Shown in pieces: positions 22,105 to 30,630 of a stretch of 64,000 nt of DNA (position 1 is the stretch's first letter; every line of letters starts with the position of its first letter). The stretch covers positions 1 through 64,000 of the forward strand of contig BTVY01000042.1 of the NCBI GenBank assembly GCA_045863335.1, written 5' to 3'. A model generated the notes under the pieces. The model was not told the DNA's origin, ran no database searches, and saw only the letters and a list, made by a program, of their open reading frames with translations. The DNA is from Candidatus Hydrogenedentota bacterium (GTDB lineage: Bacteria > Hydrogenedentota > Hydrogenedentia > Hydrogenedentales > SLHB01). Made by a program: the position numbers and the translations under genes.

Positions 22105-23277
22105 CTACCACCAAGAGAATACTTGCTCGTCCAGCACGGAGTAGGGACTGGTTCGAAGGGGATCAAGGCGGTCGGCCTGCTGAAGCGCCCACTCGATCCA
22201 CTCGAAAACAGATTGATCGCCATACATGAACGCTTCTTCCTCCGCCCGATCGCGAACCGCGGCGACATATTCGCGGATCATCTGACTGCGCTTCCATGCG
22301 TCGACATGTTTTTCCAAGTATTCCAAGCGGGCGCGTTCCCGTTGCTGTAGCTGGCGAATCTCTTCGTTCTTACGCTGCCGCTCAAGTCGCTTTGCCTCTT
22401 CGATCGCCCGCTGGAGCTTATCGGAACGGCTGGAAACCGCCGACCGAAAAAGGGCGCAAATGAACTTGTTGAGCATTAACTCCACCCGTTGAATCTTCCC
22501 GTCCGACCAATTCTGGCGACCGTAAGAGCTGGCGTCACGCTTGATGCACAATACGAGTTGGCCGCTCGGATGATACGTGTATTCCGTTCGGTCGTACCGC
22601 CAGGAATCTCGCTCTTTCTCGCGCTTTTGCGCGGGTGTCAGTTCTTTCTCCCGCCGATGCACCTTTTCCTCAAGCCCGATTCCAAACGTCTCGCCCAGCA
22701 CCGTGACCCGAGTGGGGAGTTCCGTTTCCCCTGTTAGTTCGACAGCGATGTTTCGGGCTTCCAGTGCCTTCAGCAACGCGTCCATGATGCACAGCGCTCT
22801 GGATAACGCATTCCTGGACACCCGTATGTCCAAGCACTTCTGGGCGTTCGGGTAAAGCAATTGCCGCTCGTTTTCGGGAGCGTTGCGAAGGCTCCTCTCG
22901 GCTCTTGCAACATAGGGATGGGGATCTAACAGTTCACTGGTCACGGTTACTTGCTTTTCGGGAAGCGCTTCCTCCGTAATCAGACTTTCCGCTTGCCGTC
23001 TCTGCTCCTCGTCGTAGGGCCGCTCGTCCACGACATACAGCTTGAGAACGATTTCTTCCTTGCCGGGCAGCGGCTTCAGCGGGGCCTGTTGAATCGGCTT
23101 TCCATGCTGGACTTTTACCCAATGTCCCATCGGCGGTCGAGGTATTTCGTACTCCTCAGACAACTGAAGCAACTGGCCGTACCAGAGCCCGAGTTCCTTT
23201 TCCAACACTTTCAATGGTTTGCTCCACAGCTGTTCGTACAGGTCTTTGCGGGTTGTCCGCCATTCTCTGGTTTTCAT
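22105..23277 (-). CDS. Island-associated hypothetical protein (N-terminal HTH-like, C-terminal coiled coil)
   Basis: TRKDLYEQLWSKP...IPRPPMGHW N-terminus; WIEWALQQADRLDPL C-terminus. Confidence 0.75.
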   Translation of the reverse strand: MKTREWRTTRKDLYEQLWSKPLKVLEKELGLWYGQLLQLSEEYEIPRPPMGHWVKVQHGKPIQQAPLKPLPGKEEIVLKLYVVDERPYDEEQRRQAESLITEEALPEKQVTVTSELLDPHPYVARAERSLRNAPENERQLLYPNAQKCLDIRVSRNALSRALCIMDALLKALEARNIAVELTGETELPTRVTVLGETFGIGLEEKVHRREKELTPAQKREKERDSWRYDRTEYTYHPSGQLVLCIKRDASSYGRQNWSDGKIQRVELMLNKFICALFRSAVSSRSDKLQRAIEEAKRLERQRKNEEIRQLQQRERARLEYLEKHVDAWKRSQMIREYVAAVRDRAEEEAFMYGDQSVFEWIEWALQQADRLDPLRTSPYSVLDEQVFSWW

Positions 23278-23886
23278 TTTCCTGCTCCTGAACGTGGCCG
23301 ATTCTTGCTTGGGTAAGCGAAGGCAGCAACGCGCATCCGTTCCCCGTTTCCGGTTAACGAACGGAGTAGACCGCCTTAAGCGTTCCAGCACGGATGAGCT
23401 ATTGCCACTGAATGAGTTTCTACACGGTAGTTGAGCTTAGCAAAGGACGGATGTCAGGTCTTGGTTGGCTGGCTGGAAAACGACAGATCTCGCGATGCGT
23501 GATATGGAGCGTGGATCTACCCTATGGTTCCGCGGTTACCCGTCAAACACGCGAACATCTCCGGTTGCCCCGGCGCACAAGACGCTTTCCCACGTTTCTT
23601 ACGGCGCCAGCACGTTCCAGTCCATGATGGACGCAATTCTTGGGCAGCAGCGATGTCGAGACGGGGTCGCACGGTTGGGTTTTGGATGTGTAAGCCGACA
23701 GGATATCGATTGAAAAGCGCACGTAAAATGTGCAATTGATGTGCAACTGGTCTTTGGCACCCAGTCTATTGGTCTGTGTAAGTCGTTCAAGAAAAAGCGC
23801 TTACAAACGCCGCAATCTATTGATGGCGGCGGGTAGATGGCCAGACGCCACAAATTGCGTAAGCCATTGTTGTTAAACAAGTTAGT

Positions 23887-24244
23887 TGGTGGAGGCGGCG
23901 GGAATCGAACCCGCGTCCGAAAGTGCGTCCCTGCAAGCATCTACGTGTGTAGCCCGTCCTTTAGGATTCGCCGCCGTCGCACGCGTCGGGCTCGCTTACG
24001 ACGGCCGCTAGGCGGGGTCGGTACTCTCCGCCGAAGTCCCCGCCGGACTTCGACCTCGAGGCCCGCTGTCGTCGCCTTAGCCCCCTAGCAGGCGGTCAGG
24101 GGTAAGACGCGCTACTCTAGATTAAGCAGCGAGTGCCAATGGTTCGTTGGCATTTGTTTGGTAATCGGCTTTTTACGAGGCCAACCGATCAACCTCGACA
24201 CGCAACTTACGCTTCAACACTCCCGTCGAAACCATGTCGCCCCC
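23887..24244 (-). ncRNA. ssrA: tmRNA, tag peptide (A)ANEPLALAA
   Basis: 5' GGGGGCGACATGGTTTCGACGGG, 3' GGTTCGATTCCCGCCGCCTCCACCA with G3-U pair; tag ORF at 24151-24122. Confidence 0.97.
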
Positions 24245-24401
24245 ACGAGGCGAACCAACCTAAGACGGCAGTATGCGCATCGATGGCCTAAGCCATCTCA
24301 AGGTATTATGCCACATGGTAACCCGTTTACGCGAATCTATGGACGATATGGACACTATGGACGGTATGGACTTTGCGGTTCGGAGGTGGAGCGAGCGCGC
24401 C

Positions 24402-25391
24402 ATGGGTGGTAAGATGCTGCCAATGTTCCGCAACTTCACCATCTCATACGCCCGCAAGAACATCCGCATGCGCGAGGTGCGGCCCCTCAGTTTTCAGCGG
24501 CAGAGTGTTGCATTTGTGTTGTCCGAGGCAAATCGCAAGATTCCGCTGGCGGCGGGCAATGTTGAATTCGACATGACGCCGGTGATCGAGTACGGCGAGC
24601 GCGTCATCGCGGAGATCAAGGCGCGCGAGGGGAAACGGCCGGACGAAGACGTGACCCGGATGGCGGTGCACAAGAATCTGTCGGCCTTTTACCTCAAGAC
24701 CATCGCGCACGTGGTGTATCACGTGCCCGTGATGAACTCGATCCTGGAATGGACGCCCATTCGCGACGGAGGGACGCTCTACGAGTTCGAGGATATCTGC
24801 CCGTCTTTCACCGTGCACACGAAGCAGGGGGTGCTCGCGCCGGTGGTGCAGAATCCGCACCAGCGCACACTGATCGATGTGGCCAACGAGATGCGTATCC
24901 TCACCCGCAAGGCGCGCCGCACGGACATGAACGAACTGTACCGCCGCTGCGCCTTGGAGTACGTCGGGTATGCGCTGCGGGAGTTCGATTTCTCCGGGTT
25001 CGCGGGCGCGTGGTTGTGGGCGAAGTCCACGCTGTGGCCCGAGCCGGTGCCGGAGAACATGCGCAACGTGCCGGAAGACCAGAAGCTGCGTCCGAAGGAG
25101 GTCATCGGCGCGACGACGACGATCGCAAACATCGGCATGTCGGTCGACGGTTGGCAGACCATCTCCGCCATGCCGCCGACCTTCACCTTCGGCTGGGGGA
25201 TCGGACACATACGGCAGTTGCCGCGCATCATCGACGGGGAAATTGTGCCGCGTCAGATCGTGACCATGGCCGTTGTGTTCGACCACCGCGCCATGGATGG
25301 CGGCGATATCTTCCCCTTCGTGGAAGTCATGAACGGGTACATCAACAACCCGGAACGCATCTTCGAGTGGAAGCCCGGCGACCCGGTCTGA
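24402..25391 (+). CDS. Stand-alone 2-oxoacid dehydrogenase E2-like acyltransferase catalytic domain (no lipoyl domain)
   Basis: GVLAPVVQNP, GATTTIANIG, catalytic FDHRAMDG; GGAGG RBS. Confidence 0.8.
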   Translation: MGGKMLPMFRNFTISYARKNIRMREVRPLSFQRQSVAFVLSEANRKIPLAAGNVEFDMTPVIEYGERVIAEIKAREGKRPDEDVTRMAVHKNLSAFYLKTIAHVVYHVPVMNSILEWTPIRDGGTLYEFEDICPSFTVHTKQGVLAPVVQNPHQRTLIDVANEMRILTRKARRTDMNELYRRCALEYVGYALREFDFSGFAGAWLWAKSTLWPEPVPENMRNVPEDQKLRPKEVIGATTTIANIGMSVDGWQTISAMPPTFTFGWGIGHIRQLPRIIDGEIVPRQIVTMAVVFDHRAMDGGDIFPFVEVMNGYINNPERIFEWKPGDPV

Positions 25392-25428
25392 CGGTTGCGG
25401 TGATCTGCCGAGGGCTTCGATGATTATT

Positions 25429-25858
25429 GAAGAACATCTCCCTAGAGCCCCCTTCGAAGCGGTGCAGTTCTGGCAATACCGGTCATGCACTCCGGAAACC
25501 GCAATATCGTTGTGAGGGCATGGCCAATTGCTGTAGGCACAATGGGTCGGGCTTTCAGCCCTATGGACAAAAGACAATTCCTTTCCTGGGCCTGCGGCCC
25601 AGGCTGGTATTAGACGGGCCGTTGGCCCTCCGGAGAATTCCTTCGTGGTACGAGGATTGTGACATCTGCGCCAACGGCGCGCTCTATACCAGCATGGGGC
25701 AACGCCCCATGAAAACGGGAATACAGGCCATGGAGGGCTGAAAGCCCGATTCACGTTCGATCAAGAGTTGCTTTGGAGAACCCCTGCTACAGAGTGCAAG
25801 TCGAGCGGTACCGAAAGAACTGCACCCCTTCGAAGGGGGACTAAGGGGGATGTACTTC
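25429..25858. repeat. Nested REP cluster: inverted family-C pair enclosing an inverted family-D-like doublet
   Basis: C at 25429-25460 and 25822-25858; GGGCTTTCAGCCCT at ~25550 and AGGGCTGAAAGCCCG at ~25735. Confidence 0.75.
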
Positions 25859-25879
25859 AGCGTTCCGGGCTATCGCGTT

Positions 25880-25969
25880 TCACAGTTGATTGTGATCGAC
25901 GAGGCCTCGGGTTACGCGGGTGACGATGGCGATGGCCCAGCGGCGCGGGAGGATGCGCGCGAGGAATGC
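25880..25969 (-). pseudogene. Displaced duplicate of the last 30 codons of the SDR gene
   Basis: 85/90 nt identical to 26456-26545 including the stop codon. Confidence 0.92.
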
Positions 25970-25995
25970 TGGGAAGCGGTGTCAGGTTGCGGTCG

Positions 25996-26331
25996 TTACA
26001 TCGTTCTTCCGACGAGGATGAAACTTCCACCGATGATGATCACCGGTCCGGCCACCACCACCCACGCCAGCACGAACGCGATGGCGATGATCGCAGTGGC
26101 CCACATGGGTAATCGCGGGTTGACAAACTTCCGAAACAAGAACGGAGCAATGCCAACTGCTGCGCCGCCGAAAGCCACGATGCCCCACAACATCGGTAGA
26201 TAGTCGTTCGTGAAGCCGGGCTCCGCGTTTGCGGCGGCGACGCCAATGGTGCCGCACAGCGCGACGCGTACCGCTGCGACAGCCCGGAACGGGATCTCGC
26301 GACGCGAGGCTCTGCAATCAATCTGGATCAT
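25996..26331 (-). CDS. Small membrane protein (signal/TM segments)
   Basis: GGAGG RBS; hydrophobic segments. Confidence 0.6.
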   Translation of the reverse strand: MIQIDCRASRREIPFRAVAAVRVALCGTIGVAAANAEPGFTNDYLPMLWGIVAFGGAAVGIAPFLFRKFVNPRLPMWATAIIAIAFVLAWVVVAGPVIIIGGSFILVGRTM

Positions 26332-26455
26332 TGCTTCACTCCTCCGTTGGGACCGACTTCAGCCACTATAGCATCTCCGGTCGCTTTCCGAAAGGCACCC
26401 CGCACCGTCTCCGAGCCTATTCAATCGCGCACGTGGATTCGGCAGACGTTCCGGT

Positions 26456-27262
26456 TCATAGTTGCTTGTGATCGACGAGGCCCCGGGTGACGCGGGTGAC
26501 GATGGCGATGGCCCAGCGGCGTGGGAGGATGCGCGCGAGGAATGCGGAGAAACGGGTCATTAAGGGGGCAGAGATGGTCTTTCGACCGAGGTCGCGCAGG
26601 GCGAGTCTGGCGATGGCTTCTGGACTCGACGAAAACCGCCAGATGCGATCGCAGTCGGCCTGGGAGAAGCCCTCGGCTTTGAAGAAGTCCGTCTTCATTC
26701 CCGCGGGACACACGGTCAGGCAATCGATGGGTGTGTCTTTCAATTCGCCCCAGAGCGATTCGCCGAAGTGCATGAGAAAGGCTTTAGAGGCGCAGTAGGC
26801 CGCTTCGTTCGGGCACGAGATGAACGCCTGCAACGATGACACGATGATCACCGCGCCGGCCTGCCGCTCCAACATCTGCGGCAGGTATTCGCGGGTGAGC
26901 AGGAGGGGAGCGAGGCAGTTGAGTTGAACGAGTTGTTTCAGCTTCTCGGGGTTTCGTGTTTGGAAGGCGCCGCCGTGGGCGACTCCGGCACAATTAACGA
27001 GGATGCCTATGGGAAGATCCGCGAGACTTTCGGTGAGATTGCCGATGGCATCGTCCGATGCCAGATCGATTTCGAGGGGGCGGCACGTGACGCCGTGCTT
27101 TTCGCCCAGCTCGCTGGCGAGCGCATCCAGCGCGTCTTGTCCCAATCCGACGATGACGCAGTTCACGCCTTCGGCCGCGATCTGCCGCGCGAACTCGCGG
27201 CCCAGACCGGAAGACGCTCCCGTAATTACTGCCCAGTCTCCGTAGCGACTGAGTCCGCTCAT
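26456..27262 (-). CDS. Short-chain dehydrogenase/reductase
   Basis: TGASSGLG, VNCAG, YCASK. Confidence 0.95.
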   Translation of the reverse strand: MSGLSRYGDWAVITGASSGLGREFARQIAAEGVNCVIVGLGQDALDALASELGEKHGVTCRPLEIDLASDDAIGNLTESLADLPIGILVNCAGVAHGGAFQTRNPEKLKQLVQLNCLAPLLLTREYLPQMLERQAGAVIIVSSLQAFISCPNEAAYCASKAFLMHFGESLWGELKDTPIDCLTVCPAGMKTDFFKAEGFSQADCDRIWRFSSSPEAIARLALRDLGRKTISAPLMTRFSAFLARILPRRWAIAIVTRVTRGLVDHKQL

Positions 27263-28530
27263 TTCTTGCGGTCAGCCCACTTGCGAATCGTCGCGGGTCC
27301 GCAGGGTTCGCCCGCGCGCGCGAGTTCTTCCAGCACATCCGCCGCGGTCGCTGCGCCGTTCGCGTTCGCGACCTCTGCGGAAAAGCTCCGCGAGGTTTCG
27401 CGGTACTTGGGGTTCTCCATGACTTCCTTGATCGCGTTGACCAGCCAGTCCGCCGTGGTGTGCCGCGCCTGGTGGTAGAGGCCGAGTCCCCGTTTCTGAA
27501 TCATGGCGCCGGTGAGTTTTTGTTCGAGCTGGTTCCACAGGGCGATCATCGGCAGACCCGCTTCCAGGGCTTGATACATCGTGCTGTTGCCGCCGTGGAA
27601 GATGATGGCTTCGCAATGCTTCACGATGGTGCGGCCCGGGGCGTAATCGGTGATCCGGAAGTTGGCCGGGGCCATCGCGATGGTCTCGTCGCTGGCCTGT
27701 CCGCCCGTGGTCACGATGAAGCGATAAGGCAACTTGCCCAACGCGTCGTAGACGCGCCGCAACAGCGGGTCGAGCATGCCCGTGGTACCCAGGGAGAAGT
27801 AAATATTCGTCTGGCCGTCGTCCAGTTCCCTGAACCACTCCGGCGTTTCCGTGGGCGGTTCGGAAAGGATTGGCCCGACCATCTTCCAGTTCCAGTCGTC
27901 GGGATAGTCGTAGAGATTGGGGAGGTCCGGCGAGATCATTGGAATCGATTTCAGTAGTCTTACCGAGTTGATGGGGTCGACGCCGTACTTCTTATAGACG
28001 GGACGCCGGAAGCGTTCCAGGTGGATCTTGTCCCACAGGAAGATCGCGGGACCGGTAACGGTCCACGGCGACAGGAACTGCCCCGCGTAAGCGTTCTGGA
28101 TTCCCGCCGCGGGGATTCCTTTTACGTACGCGGCGTTGCTGGCCGCGATGGAGGCGTCGCCGATGATGATGTCGGGCTGTTCCGCTTCGATGGCCTTGAT
28201 GTAGCCCTCGAAGATCTTGTCCAGCGGCGTCCAGCTACCGAGGCGCAACAGCGCGAGGCCCACCGCGAGAAAGCCGCCCTTCTCGAAGGTCTCGAAGATG
28301 TAGCCGTAGTCCTGTTCCTGGGTGAAATGGCATTTGAACCCGTTCTTCACGGCCACGTGGCTGCGCCAGCCGGGCCGTTCCGGATTTTCCACGGCGAAGA
28401 CGACGTCGTGGCCGCGGTCGCGCAAGACTTTGCCGATCTCCACGCACCGGCACACGTGGGATAACATGTACGACATGGGCGCGAACATGAACTTCAAGGG
28501 ACGACCATCCTTTGGTGTTTCGAGTGTCAT
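27259..28530 (-). CDS. GT1-family (UDP-glycosyltransferase/MGT-like) glycosyltransferase
   Basis: SHV..C..IGK.L..RGHDV, YFSLGT, IFHGGNSTMYQALEAGLP. Confidence 0.88.
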   Translation of the reverse strand: MTLETPKDGRPLKFMFAPMSYMLSHVCRCVEIGKVLRDRGHDVVFAVENPERPGWRSHVAVKNGFKCHFTQEQDYGYIFETFEKGGFLAVGLALLRLGSWTPLDKIFEGYIKAIEAEQPDIIIGDASIAASNAAYVKGIPAAGIQNAYAGQFLSPWTVTGPAIFLWDKIHLERFRRPVYKKYGVDPINSVRLLKSIPMISPDLPNLYDYPDDWNWKMVGPILSEPPTETPEWFRELDDGQTNIYFSLGTTGMLDPLLRRVYDALGKLPYRFIVTTGGQASDETIAMAPANFRITDYAPGRTIVKHCEAIIFHGGNSTMYQALEAGLPMIALWNQLEQKLTGAMIQKRGLGLYHQARHTTADWLVNAIKEVMENPKYRETSRSFSAEVANANGAATAADVLEELARAGEPCGPATIRKWADRKK

Positions 28531-28571
28531 GTTGATAGCCGATCCCGCGATCGCGGCTGCGGGGATCTGCT

Positions 28572-29060
28572 GAAGAACATCCCCCTTGATCCCCCTTTAA
28601 AGGGGGAATTGGACCTAACGCAATTGGAATGTCTGCATTTAGTACGGTCGGCCCTAGCGAGGGTTGCCTGCGCGTTTTCTCTGATCATGCCTTCGGGAGT
28701 TCGAGCGAGGGTAGTCACGGGGCTTGTGTTGAAGAACATCCCCCTTGATCCCCCTTCAAAGGGGGAGTTTGGCCCAGCGCAGTTGTAGCGTCTGTGTTCG
28801 GTTTGGTCGGCCCTGGCGAAGATAGCCAGTGTGGTTGCTCTGGTCAGACCTGCGGGAGTTTGAGCGAGGGCAGTCACGGGGCCTGTGTTGAAGAACATCC
28901 CCCTTGATCCCCCTTCAAAGGGGGAGTTTTGCTCATCCGCGGCGAACGCAAGGAGTGGCGCGACGCGGCCCAAACTGAACGCATCCCCGTCCCTGAATCG
29001 CGACGTAAAGCGTCGCGACCCATTCCCCCTTTGAAGGGGGATCAAGGGGGATGTTCTTCT
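28572..29060. repeat. 159-bp tandem units built on family-C REP (starts 28572, 28731, 28890) plus an inverted copy at 29023-29060
   Basis: GAAGAACATCCCCCTTGATCCCCCTTYAAAGGGGGA repeated; spacers homologous. Confidence 0.93.
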
Positions 29061-29269
29061 CGTTTCGAGCGTCATTCTAATGAACCCGTACACAACCCAG
29101 TTCGCGGAAGATTGGCAATCTAAGCCGCCGCCGGTTGCACTGGCACCTGCTTAACCCCAAGCCGGATAATCGCCCCGTGCAGTGCGCTGCGGTTTTGTGG
29201 AAGAATACCTGTCCCCGGCTTGTCCACGCAAGGACCACGGGTTGTGAACGCGGAAGAGGAGTGAAGACG

Positions 29270-30274
29270 ATGGCATTTCGAGCGGATCGATACGACCGGA
29301 TGCGGTACCGGCGCTGTGGGCGGACCGGCCTCATGCTGCCCATGATTTCATTGGGCATGTGGCACAACTTCGGCACCCACGCCGACCACGATACCTGCAT
29401 CGAAATGATGAAAACCGCCTTCGACCTTGGCATCAACCACTTTGACCTTGCCAATAACTACGGCCCGGAGCCCGGCAGCGCGGAGGCGCGGGTGGGCAAG
29501 ATTCTGCGCGACGAGTTCCGGGCCCACCGCGACGAACTGATCATCTCCACGAAGGCGGGGTACCGCATGTGGCCGGGACCCTACGGCGAGTGGGGGAGCA
29601 AGAAGTACCTCGTCGCCAGCCTGGACCAGTCACTCAAGCGGATGGGACTCGACTACGTCGACATCTTCTATTCGCACCGGCCCGATCCCGATACGCCGTT
29701 GGAGGAGACGCTCGGCGCGTTGGACCTCATCGTGAAACAGGGCAAGGCGCTGTACGCCGGGGTGAGCAGTTACCGCGGCGCATTCTTCGTGAAGTCCTGC
29801 GAGTTGGTCAAGCAACACGAGTGGACGCCGATCACGATCCATCAGCCGCTCTACAACATGCTCGACCGTTGGATCGAAACCGACCTGCTCGAATACACGG
29901 ACGCCTACGGCGTGGGCGTCATCGCGTTCAGCCCGCTGGCACAGGGGCGGCTCACGAGCAAATACATCGACCCCGCAAACCCCATTCCCAAAGACAGCCG
30001 CGCCGCCGATCCCGACGGCTTCCTCCAGGCCGAAGAAGTCACCAAGAAAGTCGTGCGCGGCGTCCGCAAACTCGCCAAAGTCGCCGAAGCCCGCGAGCAG
30101 ACCATCGCCCAATGCGCCCTCTCCTGGACCCTCCGCGACCCCCGCGTCACCAGCGCCCTAATCGGCGCCCGCACGCCCGAGCAGATCATCGACTGCGCCG
30201 CTGCGATCGGGAACACGAGTTTCTCGATTGAGGAGTTGGCGGAGATTAATGACCTGTGGTTGGAGCCGGCGTAA
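29270..30274 (+). CDS. gpr: Aldo/keto reductase, L-glyceraldehyde 3-phosphate reductase (YghZ/Gpr) type
   Basis: ISLGMWHNFG, FDLANNYGP, STKAGY.MWPGPYGEWGSKKY, FSPLAQG. Confidence 0.9.
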   Translation: MAFRADRYDRMRYRRCGRTGLMLPMISLGMWHNFGTHADHDTCIEMMKTAFDLGINHFDLANNYGPEPGSAEARVGKILRDEFRAHRDELIISTKAGYRMWPGPYGEWGSKKYLVASLDQSLKRMGLDYVDIFYSHRPDPDTPLEETLGALDLIVKQGKALYAGVSSYRGAFFVKSCELVKQHEWTPITIHQPLYNMLDRWIETDLLEYTDAYGVGVIAFSPLAQGRLTSKYIDPANPIPKDSRAADPDGFLQAEEVTKKVVRGVRKLAKVAEAREQTIAQCALSWTLRDPRVTSALIGARTPEQIIDCAAAIGNTSFSIEELAEINDLWLEPA

Positions 30275-30285
30275 TTACGGGAACC

Positions 30286-30450
30286 GTAGCGACCGGGTTC
30301 CACCCCGGGCGGGTCCCGGAGCCAAAGACGTCCGGCGTGGAAGCCGGACTCTACAGGGGAGCGATGCGATTCGTCGAAGTTTGAGCTGTTTGGCGGGGGA
30401 CCGAGTCAGCGACGCGTGCGAAGATGGATCCCCGCGTCCACGAGGATGAC
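30286..30450. repeat. GTAG...CTAC REP-like element (family A, 30286-30355) plus family-B hairpin (30418-30450)
   Basis: Homologous to 33906-33975 and 33838-33870. Confidence 0.85.
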
Positions 30451-30630
30451 AGTTTGGGCGGCAGGCTAGCAGCTGGTTATCCGGCAACGCAGTTGGTTTG
30501 AGCGACCACATCTAGGTAATTGGACTAGTCAGTGGCGGATTGATCGCTGGAGTTCGCTTCCGGTCTGCGCCGTGCGTAAACCCATTAGATCAATAGCACC
30601 AGCAACGGTCTCATAAATCCACACGGTGGT

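Larger units (their letters stand above)
17450..23912. mobile_element. Genomic island integrated at ssrA 3' end, no intact integrase
   Basis: 26-bp direct repeats; visibly more AT-rich; conflict-type cargo. Confidence 0.9.

Noticed and set aside
23440-23620. Tyrosine integrase relic (LAGWKTTDLAMRD; AHKTLSHVSY)
   Set aside because: Faint resemblance to integrase C-terminal motifs only; no HxLR box or long ORF; needs tBLASTn to assess
25975-26000. Integron attC after the small membrane ORF (stop in TAAC)
   Set aside because: No complementary GTTRRRY end or attC stem found; no intI
28572-28930. Possible CRISPR array (36-bp repeat x3)
   Set aside because: Spacers are ~120 bp and mutually homologous; the repeat is a dispersed REP family
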